From: Gemmatimonadota bacterium
GTDB lineage: Bacteria > Gemmatimonadota > Gemmatimonadetes > Gemmatimonadales > GWC2-71-9
Reading direction: 5' to 3'
NCBI GenBank assembly: GCA_036679605.1
Contig: JAZDCZ010000407.1
Coordinates: forward strand, 91,417-155,416
Length of the DNA stretch: 64,000 nt
In this document: positions 49,991-58,737 of the stretch, piece by piece
How the letters are laid out: the number at the start of each line of letters is the position of its first letter
Position numbering within the stretch: position 1 is the stretch's first letter
Position numbers and translations under genes: made by a program
Notes under the pieces: model-generated
What the model saw: only the letters and a program-made list of their open reading frames with translations
What the model was told of the DNA's origin: nothing
Databases searched by the model: none

Positions 49991-51019
49991 ATGTTGAAGA
50001 TGCTGACAGGCTTTGTGGCCAAGGTGCTCCGGCTGGGAGCCGTGGAATCGGAGACTTTGCCCGATGCCGGATTCAATGGCGGCGTGTGCCGTGAACAATA
50101 TCGCGCTGAGACGAGTGGCGATGGTTGGAAATCTGAATGGATAGAGGATGGTCGGCTCACCGACTCCTGCATGTTGGACTGGTTGAACCACCGTAGCAAA
50201 GGTCTAGTGGCGTTCCGTTGGTCCACAACCAACAGGGGTTGGCGGCTCATGGAGGTTCCGGCAGATTATCTCGGATCGTTCCAGGTGGCTTCGCGGCAGT
50301 CCATTCCTCCGTCACGGGATGTCCGCAAGGCGATCTCTGATTTTATGTCGGAATCGCAGTTGCCAACGGACACTGAGATGCTCGACTGGTTGGATTGGCA
50401 GTCCGGTTCCTACACAGGGCAGGTCATCTGGCGGATGTCGGAGTCCGGACATGGATGGCGCCTGCACGAGACATCCCGCGACGGAGCCAAAACGACCGTG
50501 CGGGCGGCCATATCCTGTGCCATACAGGGGGAGCTGACCGTTACTGACCCTCTCGCCGCTAGTGCGGCCCAGCCATCGCGCATGTACCGCATAACACAGC
50601 GCGGGCCGAAGGCTTTTGAGTGCGCCCTGCTGGCTCAGGGCGGATTCGAGAGATGGAAGAAGGCAACATTGGAGGCCGCCGTGAAGTCGGTCATCCGGGG
50701 AGCCACTGCCATCAACCACGCATCCATCACCCGCGACAATATCAGCATTCAATTGAAGGACGACGAGGAGCTCAAAGTCAGACTGTCGGACGATGCCTCT
50801 GTCAACGCGGCTCTCTGTCTGAAGTGCGGTGGACTTGCCATAAGTTGGAGCAGGCACGAGTGCGACTGCGGACTCATCGCGGTGGATGACGACAGAGATT
50901 GTGGCCGTAGGGGAAGCATGAATGACATAGGAGAAGTGCCGACTAGGGGGATGCTCGAGAATTTGGCTGCGCTGCCAGCGAAGGACAGAGTCGCGGAGTG
51001 GAGGCACCAGTCATCATGA
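49991..51019 (+). CDS. Hypothetical protein with duplicated TDxxMLDWL...GWRLxE domain
   Basis: GGAG RBS; internal repeat; C-terminal CxxC...CxC. Confidence 0.65.
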   Translation: MLKMLTGFVAKVLRLGAVESETLPDAGFNGGVCREQYRAETSGDGWKSEWIEDGRLTDSCMLDWLNHRSKGLVAFRWSTTNRGWRLMEVPADYLGSFQVASRQSIPPSRDVRKAISDFMSESQLPTDTEMLDWLDWQSGSYTGQVIWRMSESGHGWRLHETSRDGAKTTVRAAISCAIQGELTVTDPLAASAAQPSRMYRITQRGPKAFECALLAQGGFERWKKATLEAAVKSVIRGATAINHASITRDNISIQLKDDEELKVRLSDDASVNAALCLKCGGLAISWSRHECDCGLIAVDDDRDCGRRGSMNDIGEVPTRGMLENLAALPAKDRVAEWRHQSS

Positions 51020-51630
51020 GCATGTTGGATTTCAAGAGTAATATGGCGATGGAACACAACATCCCAGTCGGCACGCTTGTTGAGGTGAAATATGACATTT
51101 GGCATAGCGACGGCGCTTGTTCTAAAGTACACGCAAGGCTTTGGGTCATAGCTCATATCAGAGCCACCGATGGCACGCCGTTGTACACCCTAGGCGTGAG
51201 CCGCGACCCAGAGGCGAACGATTATACCAATCATGGGCTGGAGGGCGGCTTTGCGGAGAAGGACTTGAGTAAATTGGTAAAAAACGCATGCCCACTGTGT
51301 GATGGGGAATTAAGATGTATTCGTGGCAAACACCCAGAAATTGGTTTAATCACGATGACGGAGTGGCAGTGTCGCTCTTGTTATGCGAGGGGTTCCTATA
51401 AAGAAGGCACACTTATCACACAAAAACCTGATAAGATGAGGATAGACGAAATGACTCTCAAGTTGGTTGGCGCGATGACACCAGCCGATGAATGCCAGAT
51501 GGATTATATTGCTGGGATCCTTTTATCGCTAGCGCGACTTAGAACCAAAGCGTTTTGGTGTGATGATTATGTAAAATTAGATATGGCTATGCGAGATGCT
51601 TCTGTTGCATTAGTTAGAGAGGTAGAGTAA
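51016..51630 (+). CDS. Hypothetical protein (EHNIPVGTLVEV domain + zinc ribbon)
   Basis: Paralogous N-terminus with next gene; CPLC...CRSC. Confidence 0.6.
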   Translation: MSMLDFKSNMAMEHNIPVGTLVEVKYDIWHSDGACSKVHARLWVIAHIRATDGTPLYTLGVSRDPEANDYTNHGLEGGFAEKDLSKLVKNACPLCDGELRCIRGKHPEIGLITMTEWQCRSCYARGSYKEGTLITQKPDKMRIDEMTLKLVGAMTPADECQMDYIAGILLSLARLRTKAFWCDDYVKLDMAMRDASVALVREVE

Positions 51631-51631
51631 T

Positions 51632-51946
51632 ATGGTGTTGGAACACAATATACCTGTCGGGACGCTCGTTGAGGTGAAGTATGACACTTGGCACAGCCAT
51701 GGTGCTTGCTCTAAAGTGCATGCGAGGCTTTGGGTCATATGGCACACTAAGGATTGTGATGGCACACCGTTGTACACCCTAGGCGAGAGTCGTGACCCAG
51801 CGGTATATGACTACATCAGCCACGGGCTAGTGGGCGGTTTACCGGAGAAGTGGCTGACCGTGGTGGAGGTGGATGACAGGTTACGATCGCTCGAATGGGA
51901 CGACGGGGAAAGAGATGATGCTCGGTGTGGCCCAGTCAAAGCCTAG
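51632..51946 (+). CDS. Hypothetical protein (EHNIPVGTLVEV domain)
   Basis: Tandem paralog of the previous gene. Confidence 0.6.
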   Translation: MVLEHNIPVGTLVEVKYDTWHSHGACSKVHARLWVIWHTKDCDGTPLYTLGESRDPAVYDYISHGLVGGLPEKWLTVVEVDDRLRSLEWDDGERDDARCGPVKA

Positions 51947-52063
51947 ACGAATGAAATGCGTGCAGGCACACTAACCCGATAGAATGAACTTGGCAAGGAT
52001 GCCTTGTTGAGCAAGGATGTAATCCGTCAAGGACGATGGCAGGCCATGGATGGCCATCTTGTC

Positions 52064-52272
52064 AAAAAAGGGCCGCCCGTAGGGCGGCCCTTTTCTTTTT
52101 CCTCTATGAATGTGAGCGGGGGTATCACTGGCCTCACCCTGCCAACCCGTCTCGCGTCGCATTATGCAACGCCCGGCGGGCAGGCTGCTGTCAATCAGCC
52201 GACGATGCACGGGCCAGTCTCTCGGAGAAGCCCAAGTTGCAAGCCACTGGCCTCGTGCCAGTGGTAATTGAC
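52064..52272 (+). mobile_element. Non-coding TnpB omegaRNA/right-end copy with upstream hairpin
   Basis: GGGCAGGCTGCTGTCAATCAGCCGA...GCAAGCCACTGGCCTCGTGCCAGTGGTAATTGAC, homologous to the 3' end of the tnpB locus. Confidence 0.7.
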
Positions 52273-52339
52273 TTGACTCATATTTACTCCTGCCTTATAA
52301 TCGCTGGTAATCGTGGATCGCAAACAAGGAGAGTTCCCC

Positions 52340-54265
52340 ATGATGGATCGGAATCGCGCAGGCTCGCTGTGCTTGGTGTCGCTGGTTGCCGCCATCGCGA
52401 CGGTTGGATGCCAAAGCATACACGGCGGCATCCTTGTCTCCTTCACCGACAGTGACGGCGATGGTGTGTCTGATGCCCATGATATATGTCCCGGGTTTGA
52501 TGACACCGTCGATGCCGATGCTGATGGAATCCCCGATGGATGTGATGTCTTGGTGTCGGTTGACGGGTTGGGTACAGTCTCCGAGGACGGATTCTTGCTG
52601 ACGGCTGTCCCTGCTGATGGTTGGGCATTCCTTGGCTGGTCGTCCGCCAGTATGGATCTCGAATCCAATTCAAGTTTAGCCGCGACTGCGGGATCCATCG
52701 TGATTGCCCGATTTGGATTTGTATGGCCAACGGGCGTGCCAAACCTAGACGATTGGCTTAGTGGGAACCCACAGGTCGCCGCCGCGCTCTCGTGGGAGGC
52801 ACCATTGTCGGAAGGCGTGGAGTCACCTGACCCGTGCGGCAAGTCGGCCAGCCAGCCGCAGTGCGGAAAATCATTGGTCTGGCCATGGCCAGCCGAATTC
52901 CGCGACAGTCTGTACAGAGCTTTCGTCGGCGTGTGGTTCAAGGAGCCGACTGGGCTGCCTGACCCTCCACAAAACACTTTCGACACGGCGGACGCCGACG
53001 CATTCACCTCACAGTTGTATTCCCCTGTCGATGCCGAGGCTAGGTTTCTCGCGTACGCCGCGAACACCCTTGCCGCTGAGATTGGTGGACGCGTGCCGTG
53101 GTCGATTGTCGGCTACACTCCAAAGGAATTGGCCATATTGCTGGACAGCCGCGAGTTTTTCTGGCTAAACACCGAGTTCGGTGGCTACTTCGTCGATCTC
53201 GTGTCTCATGGTGGCATGTCCACAATGACGACGCCGGAGACGGCTTTAGCCTTCCTGCACGGGGAATTGGATGGATCTCAGAGGTGTCACAGTGGCTTGC
53301 TGGAGCCGTGTACTGGCGATGAGATCATCATCGCCGCCGACTCACCGTCCGGCGTGGCTGGTCAGGCCACTGCTGTGTACCGCACGATACACTGGTTCCG
53401 ACTCAATGTCATACATTTCACGAACCACTGGTGGAATGGGAACACCGAAGCGCACTGGCAGTACCGAGGATACACACCCGCCATCAGATTGATGATGGGG
53501 ACACCGAGGGCTGAGTACCTGTCCGATTCGCGCCGAGACACGACGCCTGATGCGCGCGTCATCTCCCGCACCGCTGGGTGCTGGGGTACTACTGGGTTCA
53601 TGCGCACCGTGCTACGCGCCGCGAACATCCCAGTCATTTTAGAACCCGCTGGTGGACATGCACTGCCACATTTCCCCACATTGGAGGACGCTGAACTGCC
53701 CAGCCGCATGAGCCATGCGGACGACTGCTATAGCAGGATGACGACGACCGCATCATTCCCGTCTTCGGCGCTCCTTATGCGACCGGATTTATGGAAACAG
53801 TGGTTCAGACCGAGCGGCGGGAACACTGATGCTTTGGAGGTGACGAATCAAAGCGTCGAGGCTGGGTTTTTGGACGATTTGGATCCGGCCTCAGACTTTG
53901 GCGGTGACAATCTAGGCATGCCACCACAGCCGGAGCCGGAATCCGCACTGGGTGAGGGGATCGCGAATACGCCGCGGCTGAATGTCGGGAGGTGGGTCAG
54001 GGAGCTGAACCTTCAGTGGGACAGTGGATACTGCATGGTGCAGTTCTGCAAGGATGGCCGCATCCCTATCGATAGCGGAAAGGTCACGGCGAGTCAACGC
54101 AATCTCACATTCGCGGAGTTAATATCGCCTGCGTGTCTGACGCCAGAGCCGCCAGAGTGTCCGGCGAACTGGTTTGACTTCCTTGATGTGGCGGTGGAGG
54201 CCAAGGGTGGCTGCGCCGCTGTCGGCGCGGGGAGAGATCGACGCGGAGAGGTCAGTCCAGACTAG
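52340..54265 (+). CDS. Secreted protein or lipoprotein with Ca-binding DxDxDG repeats and possible transglutaminase-like domain
   Basis: Signal ending VGC; DSDGDGVSD, DADADGIPDGCD; AGCWGTT...LRAANIP...GH. Confidence 0.6.
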   Translation: MMDRNRAGSLCLVSLVAAIATVGCQSIHGGILVSFTDSDGDGVSDAHDICPGFDDTVDADADGIPDGCDVLVSVDGLGTVSEDGFLLTAVPADGWAFLGWSSASMDLESNSSLAATAGSIVIARFGFVWPTGVPNLDDWLSGNPQVAAALSWEAPLSEGVESPDPCGKSASQPQCGKSLVWPWPAEFRDSLYRAFVGVWFKEPTGLPDPPQNTFDTADADAFTSQLYSPVDAEARFLAYAANTLAAEIGGRVPWSIVGYTPKELAILLDSREFFWLNTEFGGYFVDLVSHGGMSTMTTPETALAFLHGELDGSQRCHSGLLEPCTGDEIIIAADSPSGVAGQATAVYRTIHWFRLNVIHFTNHWWNGNTEAHWQYRGYTPAIRLMMGTPRAEYLSDSRRDTTPDARVISRTAGCWGTTGFMRTVLRAANIPVILEPAGGHALPHFPTLEDAELPSRMSHADDCYSRMTTTASFPSSALLMRPDLWKQWFRPSGGNTDALEVTNQSVEAGFLDDLDPASDFGGDNLGMPPQPEPESALGEGIANTPRLNVGRWVRELNLQWDSGYCMVQFCKDGRIPIDSGKVTASQRNLTFAELISPACLTPEPPECPANWFDFLDVAVEAKGGCAAVGAGRDRRGEVSPD

Positions 54266-54348
54266 GCAAGTGACCATCGCCGCATAACCAGTTCTATCCT
54301 CCTTGACGAATGGGCAGCAGTTGCCTAGAATTGACATAGGATCGGATA

Positions 54349-54564
54349 ATGGATAAGCTAAAGATCGTCACCGCGCGGACCAAGGATGAATATATCTGCC
54401 TAGGAGAATGGGTAGCTCAGATAAAAGGGTTGCCACAGGCTAGGATATATGGTGCAAGCGAAGCCGAGGTGGTTGGTAAGCTATTCTTGACTTTCCGGAA
54501 GGAACTTGGAATCACGATACTGCCGCCTTCGGAACTCGACCCGCAGCGGGCCGAACGGAAATAA
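54349..54564 (+). CDS. Small hypothetical protein (HicB-like N-terminal pattern)
   Basis: WVAQIKGLP...YGASEAE. Confidence 0.4.
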   Translation: MDKLKIVTARTKDEYICLGEWVAQIKGLPQARIYGASEAEVVGKLFLTFRKELGITILPPSELDPQRAERK

Positions 54565-54652
54565 ATCACTTGAGGATGGGATCCCTGTCCTCTGTGGTCA
54601 TGCCCTATTTTTTTGAAAGGACGGCGAGCGGCGGATTATCCCCGCTCACATT

Positions 54653-55327
54653 ATGAAGAGATTACTTGGTTTTATGTGGCGTCGTCTGTTCCTGTCCAAC
54701 TTCGTGTCGGGGATACTCCTGCTCCTGCCCATAGCCCTGACAGGGTTGCTGATGGCATGGGCTGGCGGCAAAATTGTAGCCGCAGTCGGCCCGAACACTG
54801 CTATAGGGGCTTTCTTGCAAGACATCGGATTGCGGTTTGTGGCGAATCCGTCTGTCGCCGCCGTAATTGGTTGGCTTCTGGTGCTAGCATGCGTGTGGTT
54901 TATCGGCCTAGGTGCGAAGCTTGGTGCCAAATCGGGAGCCAGAAGTCTCATTGATGACATGATGTCTGGGTTGGATCGCATACCGGCGTTTGGGACAGTC
55001 CATAAGTCAGTGAAGCAAGTGGTGTCCATGTTCAATGGTGGCTCGTCACAGTTGAAGGCCATGAAGGTGGTGATGTGTCGTATAGGAGAGGGAGCCGGAG
55101 TCCTGTCGTTGTTGACCTCGCCGCAGGTGTACGAGTTCAGAGGCATAAAGTATAACTTAATCTTCATGCCCAGCGCCCCTATGCCGATGACTGGGGGGAT
55201 ATTGTTCGTCCCAGTCGAGGCGGTCGAGATCGTGGACATGGCGGTGGACGACATGATTCGGGTGTGCATTTCGCTCGGGATGCTTGCCCCGCAGGCTGTC
55301 CCAGAGATGCATCTCGTTGGGGTATAA
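54653..55327 (+). CDS. DUF502 family membrane protein
   Basis: FVSGILLLLPIALT, RIPAFGTVHKSVKQ, FMPSAPMPMTGG, ISLG. Confidence 0.8.
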   Translation: MKRLLGFMWRRLFLSNFVSGILLLLPIALTGLLMAWAGGKIVAAVGPNTAIGAFLQDIGLRFVANPSVAAVIGWLLVLACVWFIGLGAKLGAKSGARSLIDDMMSGLDRIPAFGTVHKSVKQVVSMFNGGSSQLKAMKVVMCRIGEGAGVLSLLTSPQVYEFRGIKYNLIFMPSAPMPMTGGILFVPVEAVEIVDMAVDDMIRVCISLGMLAPQAVPEMHLVGV

Positions 55328-55491
55328 GTTGGTTTGTCATGGATGGTCACAGCTCTTCTGGCGACGCCGCTTCCGTGGGAAGCAAGACTGTTCGCCGTCT
55401 TAGCTTTCGGGCTTGCGGTGTCAGGCGTGAATATATTGGTGTTGGCCTGTTTTGTCGTGATCGACAGGCTTGATTTGTAAGGAGGTTTGTT

Positions 55492-56667
55492 GTGAAGCTA
55501 TCTATCATGATCTTTTTGTTGGCCGTCACTGGTTGCGGCGTACAGTCATTGCTAGCGCCGTTGAGTGCCTCGGCCGACGCAGGGAAAGACGCCACGGTAG
55601 CACCGTTCGACACGGTCGTGTTGGACGGCTCGGCGTCGATGGGTCTTGAATTCATTTGGGAGCAAGTGTCTGGGCCAGTCGTGGAATTACTCGACGCTGG
55701 CAGCGCAGTGGCTGTGTTTGACGCGCCTAGTTCTGGCGTGCTGGTGTTCACGCTAACCGTGTCCCTAGGTAGTTCGTCGGATTTCGATGTAGTAACCGTC
55801 GTCGTCGAGGAGATTGGACAGTGCCTCTTCGATCAGGGCGACGGGATGACGCATCTGCTGATTCTGGATTGGACCGGCGATGACCAAGCATCGCCGTATG
55901 GCTTCGGCCCAGATGTTCCGGTTCCACCTTTCGATTTTGGCAGCCATTCCCTCCCTAATGGCGGCTCCTTAGCTGACGATTCCGACAGATTTATGGCGGA
56001 TGTGCTGGCGAAGGTGGCCATTGACATAGGCATGATATCGGTGCTGCCGCGCAATCACTTGCCTGCGGAGAAGCTCCTAGTGTTGAACGGGGAGTACGAT
56101 TCGGGGGACACATCTGGAAAAACTGTCATGTTCATTACGGAATGGCAGGAGCCGGACAATCCACTCGTCTTGGGTAGAGCTGTGTTCGACTCATCGGATA
56201 AGAGGTGGGACGATGGGGGATTCGTGTACGGCGAGACCTTCTCCCTTATAGCGATCGAGTCGCCGACATATAAGCAGTATGTGAACGCGTTCGCTGATGT
56301 CGCCATACACGAGATTGGACACACATTGGGTTTTGGTCACAGCGAGGACTCCGCTGTTCCGTCTGGAGCCGATCCGCGGCTGGGCATCATGCGGGGTACT
56401 CGCGAGGCTGTATGGTTCCTTCGGGATCAAGTGTGGCTGGTGGATCAGATGACATGGCAGGAGACGGATTTCTTCTTAGGTTGCGGTAGATGGGAGATGG
56501 ATCCAGCCATAACCTTCTTGGACGAAATCGGGTCCGATAAGGCTCAGAGTACGCAGATACTTGGCGATTTGCGGTGCGGCCTGTTTGGTGGGCGGCCATT
56601 TGAATCGACCGAGGCGAATGAGGCGGTCGTGAATCTGCCGGATTCCGCATCAGGAATCCAACCTTGA
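55492..56667 (+). CDS. Lipoprotein with PKD-like domain and metzincin-type metallopeptidase
   Basis: AAGGAGG RBS, lipobox VTGC, ADAGKD...VLDGSAS...WEQVSGP, HEIGHTLGFGH with downstream Met. Confidence 0.75.
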   Translation: MKLSIMIFLLAVTGCGVQSLLAPLSASADAGKDATVAPFDTVVLDGSASMGLEFIWEQVSGPVVELLDAGSAVAVFDAPSSGVLVFTLTVSLGSSSDFDVVTVVVEEIGQCLFDQGDGMTHLLILDWTGDDQASPYGFGPDVPVPPFDFGSHSLPNGGSLADDSDRFMADVLAKVAIDIGMISVLPRNHLPAEKLLVLNGEYDSGDTSGKTVMFITEWQEPDNPLVLGRAVFDSSDKRWDDGGFVYGETFSLIAIESPTYKQYVNAFADVAIHEIGHTLGFGHSEDSAVPSGADPRLGIMRGTREAVWFLRDQVWLVDQMTWQETDFFLGCGRWEMDPAITFLDEIGSDKAQSTQILGDLRCGLFGGRPFESTEANEAVVNLPDSASGIQP

Positions 56668-56775
56668 TTTTCGTCATGTCGATGCGAATAATAGGTTGGC
56701 AGGGCTGGTCGTTTATCAGGCCGACGGACTGGCTTACGGCTCAGCTCCGCGAGATTTCTTTTGGAGGATATGATA

Positions 56776-57381
56776 ATGGGACTGTTCAAGAGCGCTGAGG
56801 AAAGGCGTATCGAGAGGGACATCAAGGTAAAACAGGGTATTCGCCGTATCGAGAAGTCCATCCGCGAACAGGCGAAGTTCCAAGATGAGTTCATTAGGAA
56901 TGCCAGGGACGCCAAAAGGGTCGGCGACACAGCCCAGTATGCCTTCGTCCGCAGCTCTCTGAAGAAAACTGCGGCCATACATAGGATGCTGGAGAGGCAA
57001 TTGTTTGTCATCAGGAATGCCCTTCTTGTCAAACGTCAGGCCGAGGCCTCATCTGATTTCGCGTCTAGTATGGGCGTGATGTCCTCCGAGATCAGCCGCC
57101 TTTTCGGTGAGACCGACCTTACGAGAACACAAGGTGCTTGGGAAAAGGCCATGGCACAGTCACAGAGCATGGAAGAGAGGATGACCATCTTTCTGGAGAA
57201 CATCGAGGGAACGACGGCGCAGGACATAGAGAGCGTTGATGAGACCATTAGCGATGAGGAGGTGGACACGATGATCGAGGCAGAGGAGCGGGCGGAGAAA
57301 CAGTACGAGTTGGACAGGAACGCGGCGCTCCGAGCGGAGCTCGACGCGTTGGGTGGCGAGAAGGTCACTACTAACAAGTAG
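56776..57381 (+). CDS. Snf7/ESCRT-III/PspA-superfamily-like coiled-coil protein
   Basis: MGLF start, basic helical hairpin, acidic C-terminal half (ISDEEVDTMIEAE). Confidence 0.55.
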   Translation: MGLFKSAEERRIERDIKVKQGIRRIEKSIREQAKFQDEFIRNARDAKRVGDTAQYAFVRSSLKKTAAIHRMLERQLFVIRNALLVKRQAEASSDFASSMGVMSSEISRLFGETDLTRTQGAWEKAMAQSQSMEERMTIFLENIEGTTAQDIESVDETISDEEVDTMIEAEERAEKQYELDRNAALRAELDALGGEKVTTNK

Positions 57382-57413
57382 AAACTTGTGGAAACACTTT
57401 TAGGAGAAAAGCT

Positions 57414-57674
57414 ATGAATGACGAAACCTTTCAGAGGAAATTGGCGAGTTTGATTGCCGAGATAGGTACTGTGAGCGATTTAGGCGCTCGCGATAGACTT
57501 GTGCGGATTGCGGAGCAGACCAAGACGAAACATGCCGAATTGAAGAAGACGGTCGGCCAACTTCAGGAGAGCATCGATTTCGTTCGGCTATCCATTAAGT
57601 ACATGGTGTTCGATTTGGAGGCCACGCGTCGGGAGAATGTGCAGCTAAGAAAGATGCTCGAGGACTCGAACTAA
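57414..57674 (+). CDS. Small coiled-coil protein
   Basis: AGGAG RBS; LQESIDFVRLSIKYMVFDLEATRREN, a motif I recall from Planctomycetota proteins (unverified). Confidence 0.7.
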   Translation: MNDETFQRKLASLIAEIGTVSDLGARDRLVRIAEQTKTKHAELKKTVGQLQESIDFVRLSIKYMVFDLEATRRENVQLRKMLEDSN

Positions 57675-57675
57675 T

Positions 57676-57749
57676 TAGGCCGCCTCGGACTCGAACCGAG
57701 AACCTCATCTTTAGGAGAGATGCGCTCTAATCCATTGAGCTAGCGGCCT
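57676..57749 (-). tRNA. tRNA-Arg(CCT)
   Basis: CATCT-CTCCTAA-AGATG on minus strand. Confidence 0.9.
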
Positions 57750-57750
57750 G

Positions 57751-57826
57751 CCAAATGAGGCAGGATTTGAACCTGCGACCCCGCCTTCGGAGGGTGACGC
57801 TTTGTCCGAACTAAGCTAACGGCTCC
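57751..57826 (-). tRNA. tRNA-Arg(CCG), acceptor stem degenerate (possible pseudogene)
   Basis: Loop CTCCGAA, intact T-arm, 3' acceptor strand does not pair. Confidence 0.55.
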
Positions 57827-57828
57827 AA

Positions 57829-57902
57829 TGTCCCCGGGAGGATTTGAACCTCCAACCCTCGGCTTAGAAGGCCGCTGCGCTGATCCATTGCGCCACGGGG
57901 AC
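57829..57902 (-). tRNA. tRNA-Arg(TCT)
   Basis: CGGC-CTTCTAA-GCCG. Confidence 0.9.
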
Positions 57903-57909
57903 GGCAAAT

Positions 57910-57950
57910 ATAGACTAGGCAGGAATCGAACCTGCGACTTCATTCTTTCC
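57910..57950 (-). pseudogene. 3'-half tRNA remnant
   Basis: GTCGCAGGTTCGATTCCTGCCTAGTCTA, T-arm and acceptor strand only. Confidence 0.55.
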
Positions 57951-57953
57951 TAA

Positions 57954-58027
57954 TGAGCCTGACAGGAATCGAACCCGCAACACCCCGGTTAAAAGCCGGA
58001 CGCTCTACCAAATTGAGCTACAGACCC
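57954..58027 (-). tRNA. tRNA-Lys(TTT)
   Basis: TCCGG-CTTTTAA-CCGGG. Confidence 0.9.
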
Positions 58028-58095
58028 CGCTAACTGTCCTAACCCGAACCAAGTTCCCCGTCGTTCACGGGTATTAAATGCCGCTTGGATTCAAA

Positions 58096-58168
58096 TGGGT
58101 CTAGCTGGTTTCGAACCAGCGGTCTTCCGGTTAAGAGCCGGACGCTCTGCCTACTGAGCTATAGACCC
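58096..58168 (-). tRNA. tRNA-Lys(CTT)
   Basis: TCCGG-CTCTTAA-CCGGA. Confidence 0.9.
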
Positions 58169-58192
58169 TAAAATGTTTTGTGTGTGTTGAAA

Positions 58193-58282
58193 CTAACGCT
58201 TCAACCGGCGCGGTCTTCGCCCGCCGGATATCAGAGGCCGAGACGGCCTCAAACGTTTATCGAGATGGAATTGCGTGTTCAT
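58193..58282 (-). CDS. Leader peptide of tRNA cluster 3 (MNTQFHLDKRLRPSRPLISGGRRPRRLKR)
   Basis: Contains AAA, AAG and all six Arg codons; lies between promoter and Lys/Arg tRNAs. Confidence 0.7.
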   Translation of the reverse strand: MNTQFHLDKRLRPSRPLISGGRRPRRLKR

Positions 58283-58291
58283 ACTAGAACA

Positions 58292-58320
58292 GGTGTATCG
58301 CGCAGGAATCCGAATGTCAA
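58292..58320 (-). promoter_or_regulatory. Sigma70-like promoter of tRNA cluster 3
   Basis: TTGACA-17 bp-TACACC on minus strand. Confidence 0.65.
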
Positions 58321-58362
58321 GGCAGACCTTGAAAAAACCCGCTGGCCAGCATATAATCGAAC

Positions 58363-58737
58363 ATGAGATACACCATCGCCATTATGATTATCAGCGTTAC
58401 TGGCTGTTCGTCTACGAAGATGCGATCGTCCGATGTCAGGATGTTCAATCAATCTACGACGAGGGTTTCCGCGCCACGAAACTCAAATATACTGTTTGAT
58501 CCAATCCCTATCCAGGGTGCTGCGGATCCATCATCGTTCATTCGCAGTGATTGGCCCAGTACTCCGCACAAATGGATTGTGACATCGGAAGAGGTGCGTT
58601 GGCGAGAGACCATTTATGACCATCAGGGTAGTTCTGGATATTCCGGCCACGGTGGTTATGGAGGCCATGGAGGCACTGATGATTATCATAGGGTTTTCCA
58701 TAGTGTACGCCGTGGTCACGCCAAGGCGAGAAAATGA
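58363..58737 (+). CDS. Putative lipoprotein
   Basis: Lipobox VTGC. Confidence 0.55.
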   Translation: MRYTIAIMIISVTGCSSTKMRSSDVRMFNQSTTRVSAPRNSNILFDPIPIQGAADPSSFIRSDWPSTPHKWIVTSEEVRWRETIYDHQGSSGYSGHGGYGGHGGTDDYHRVFHSVRRGHAKARK

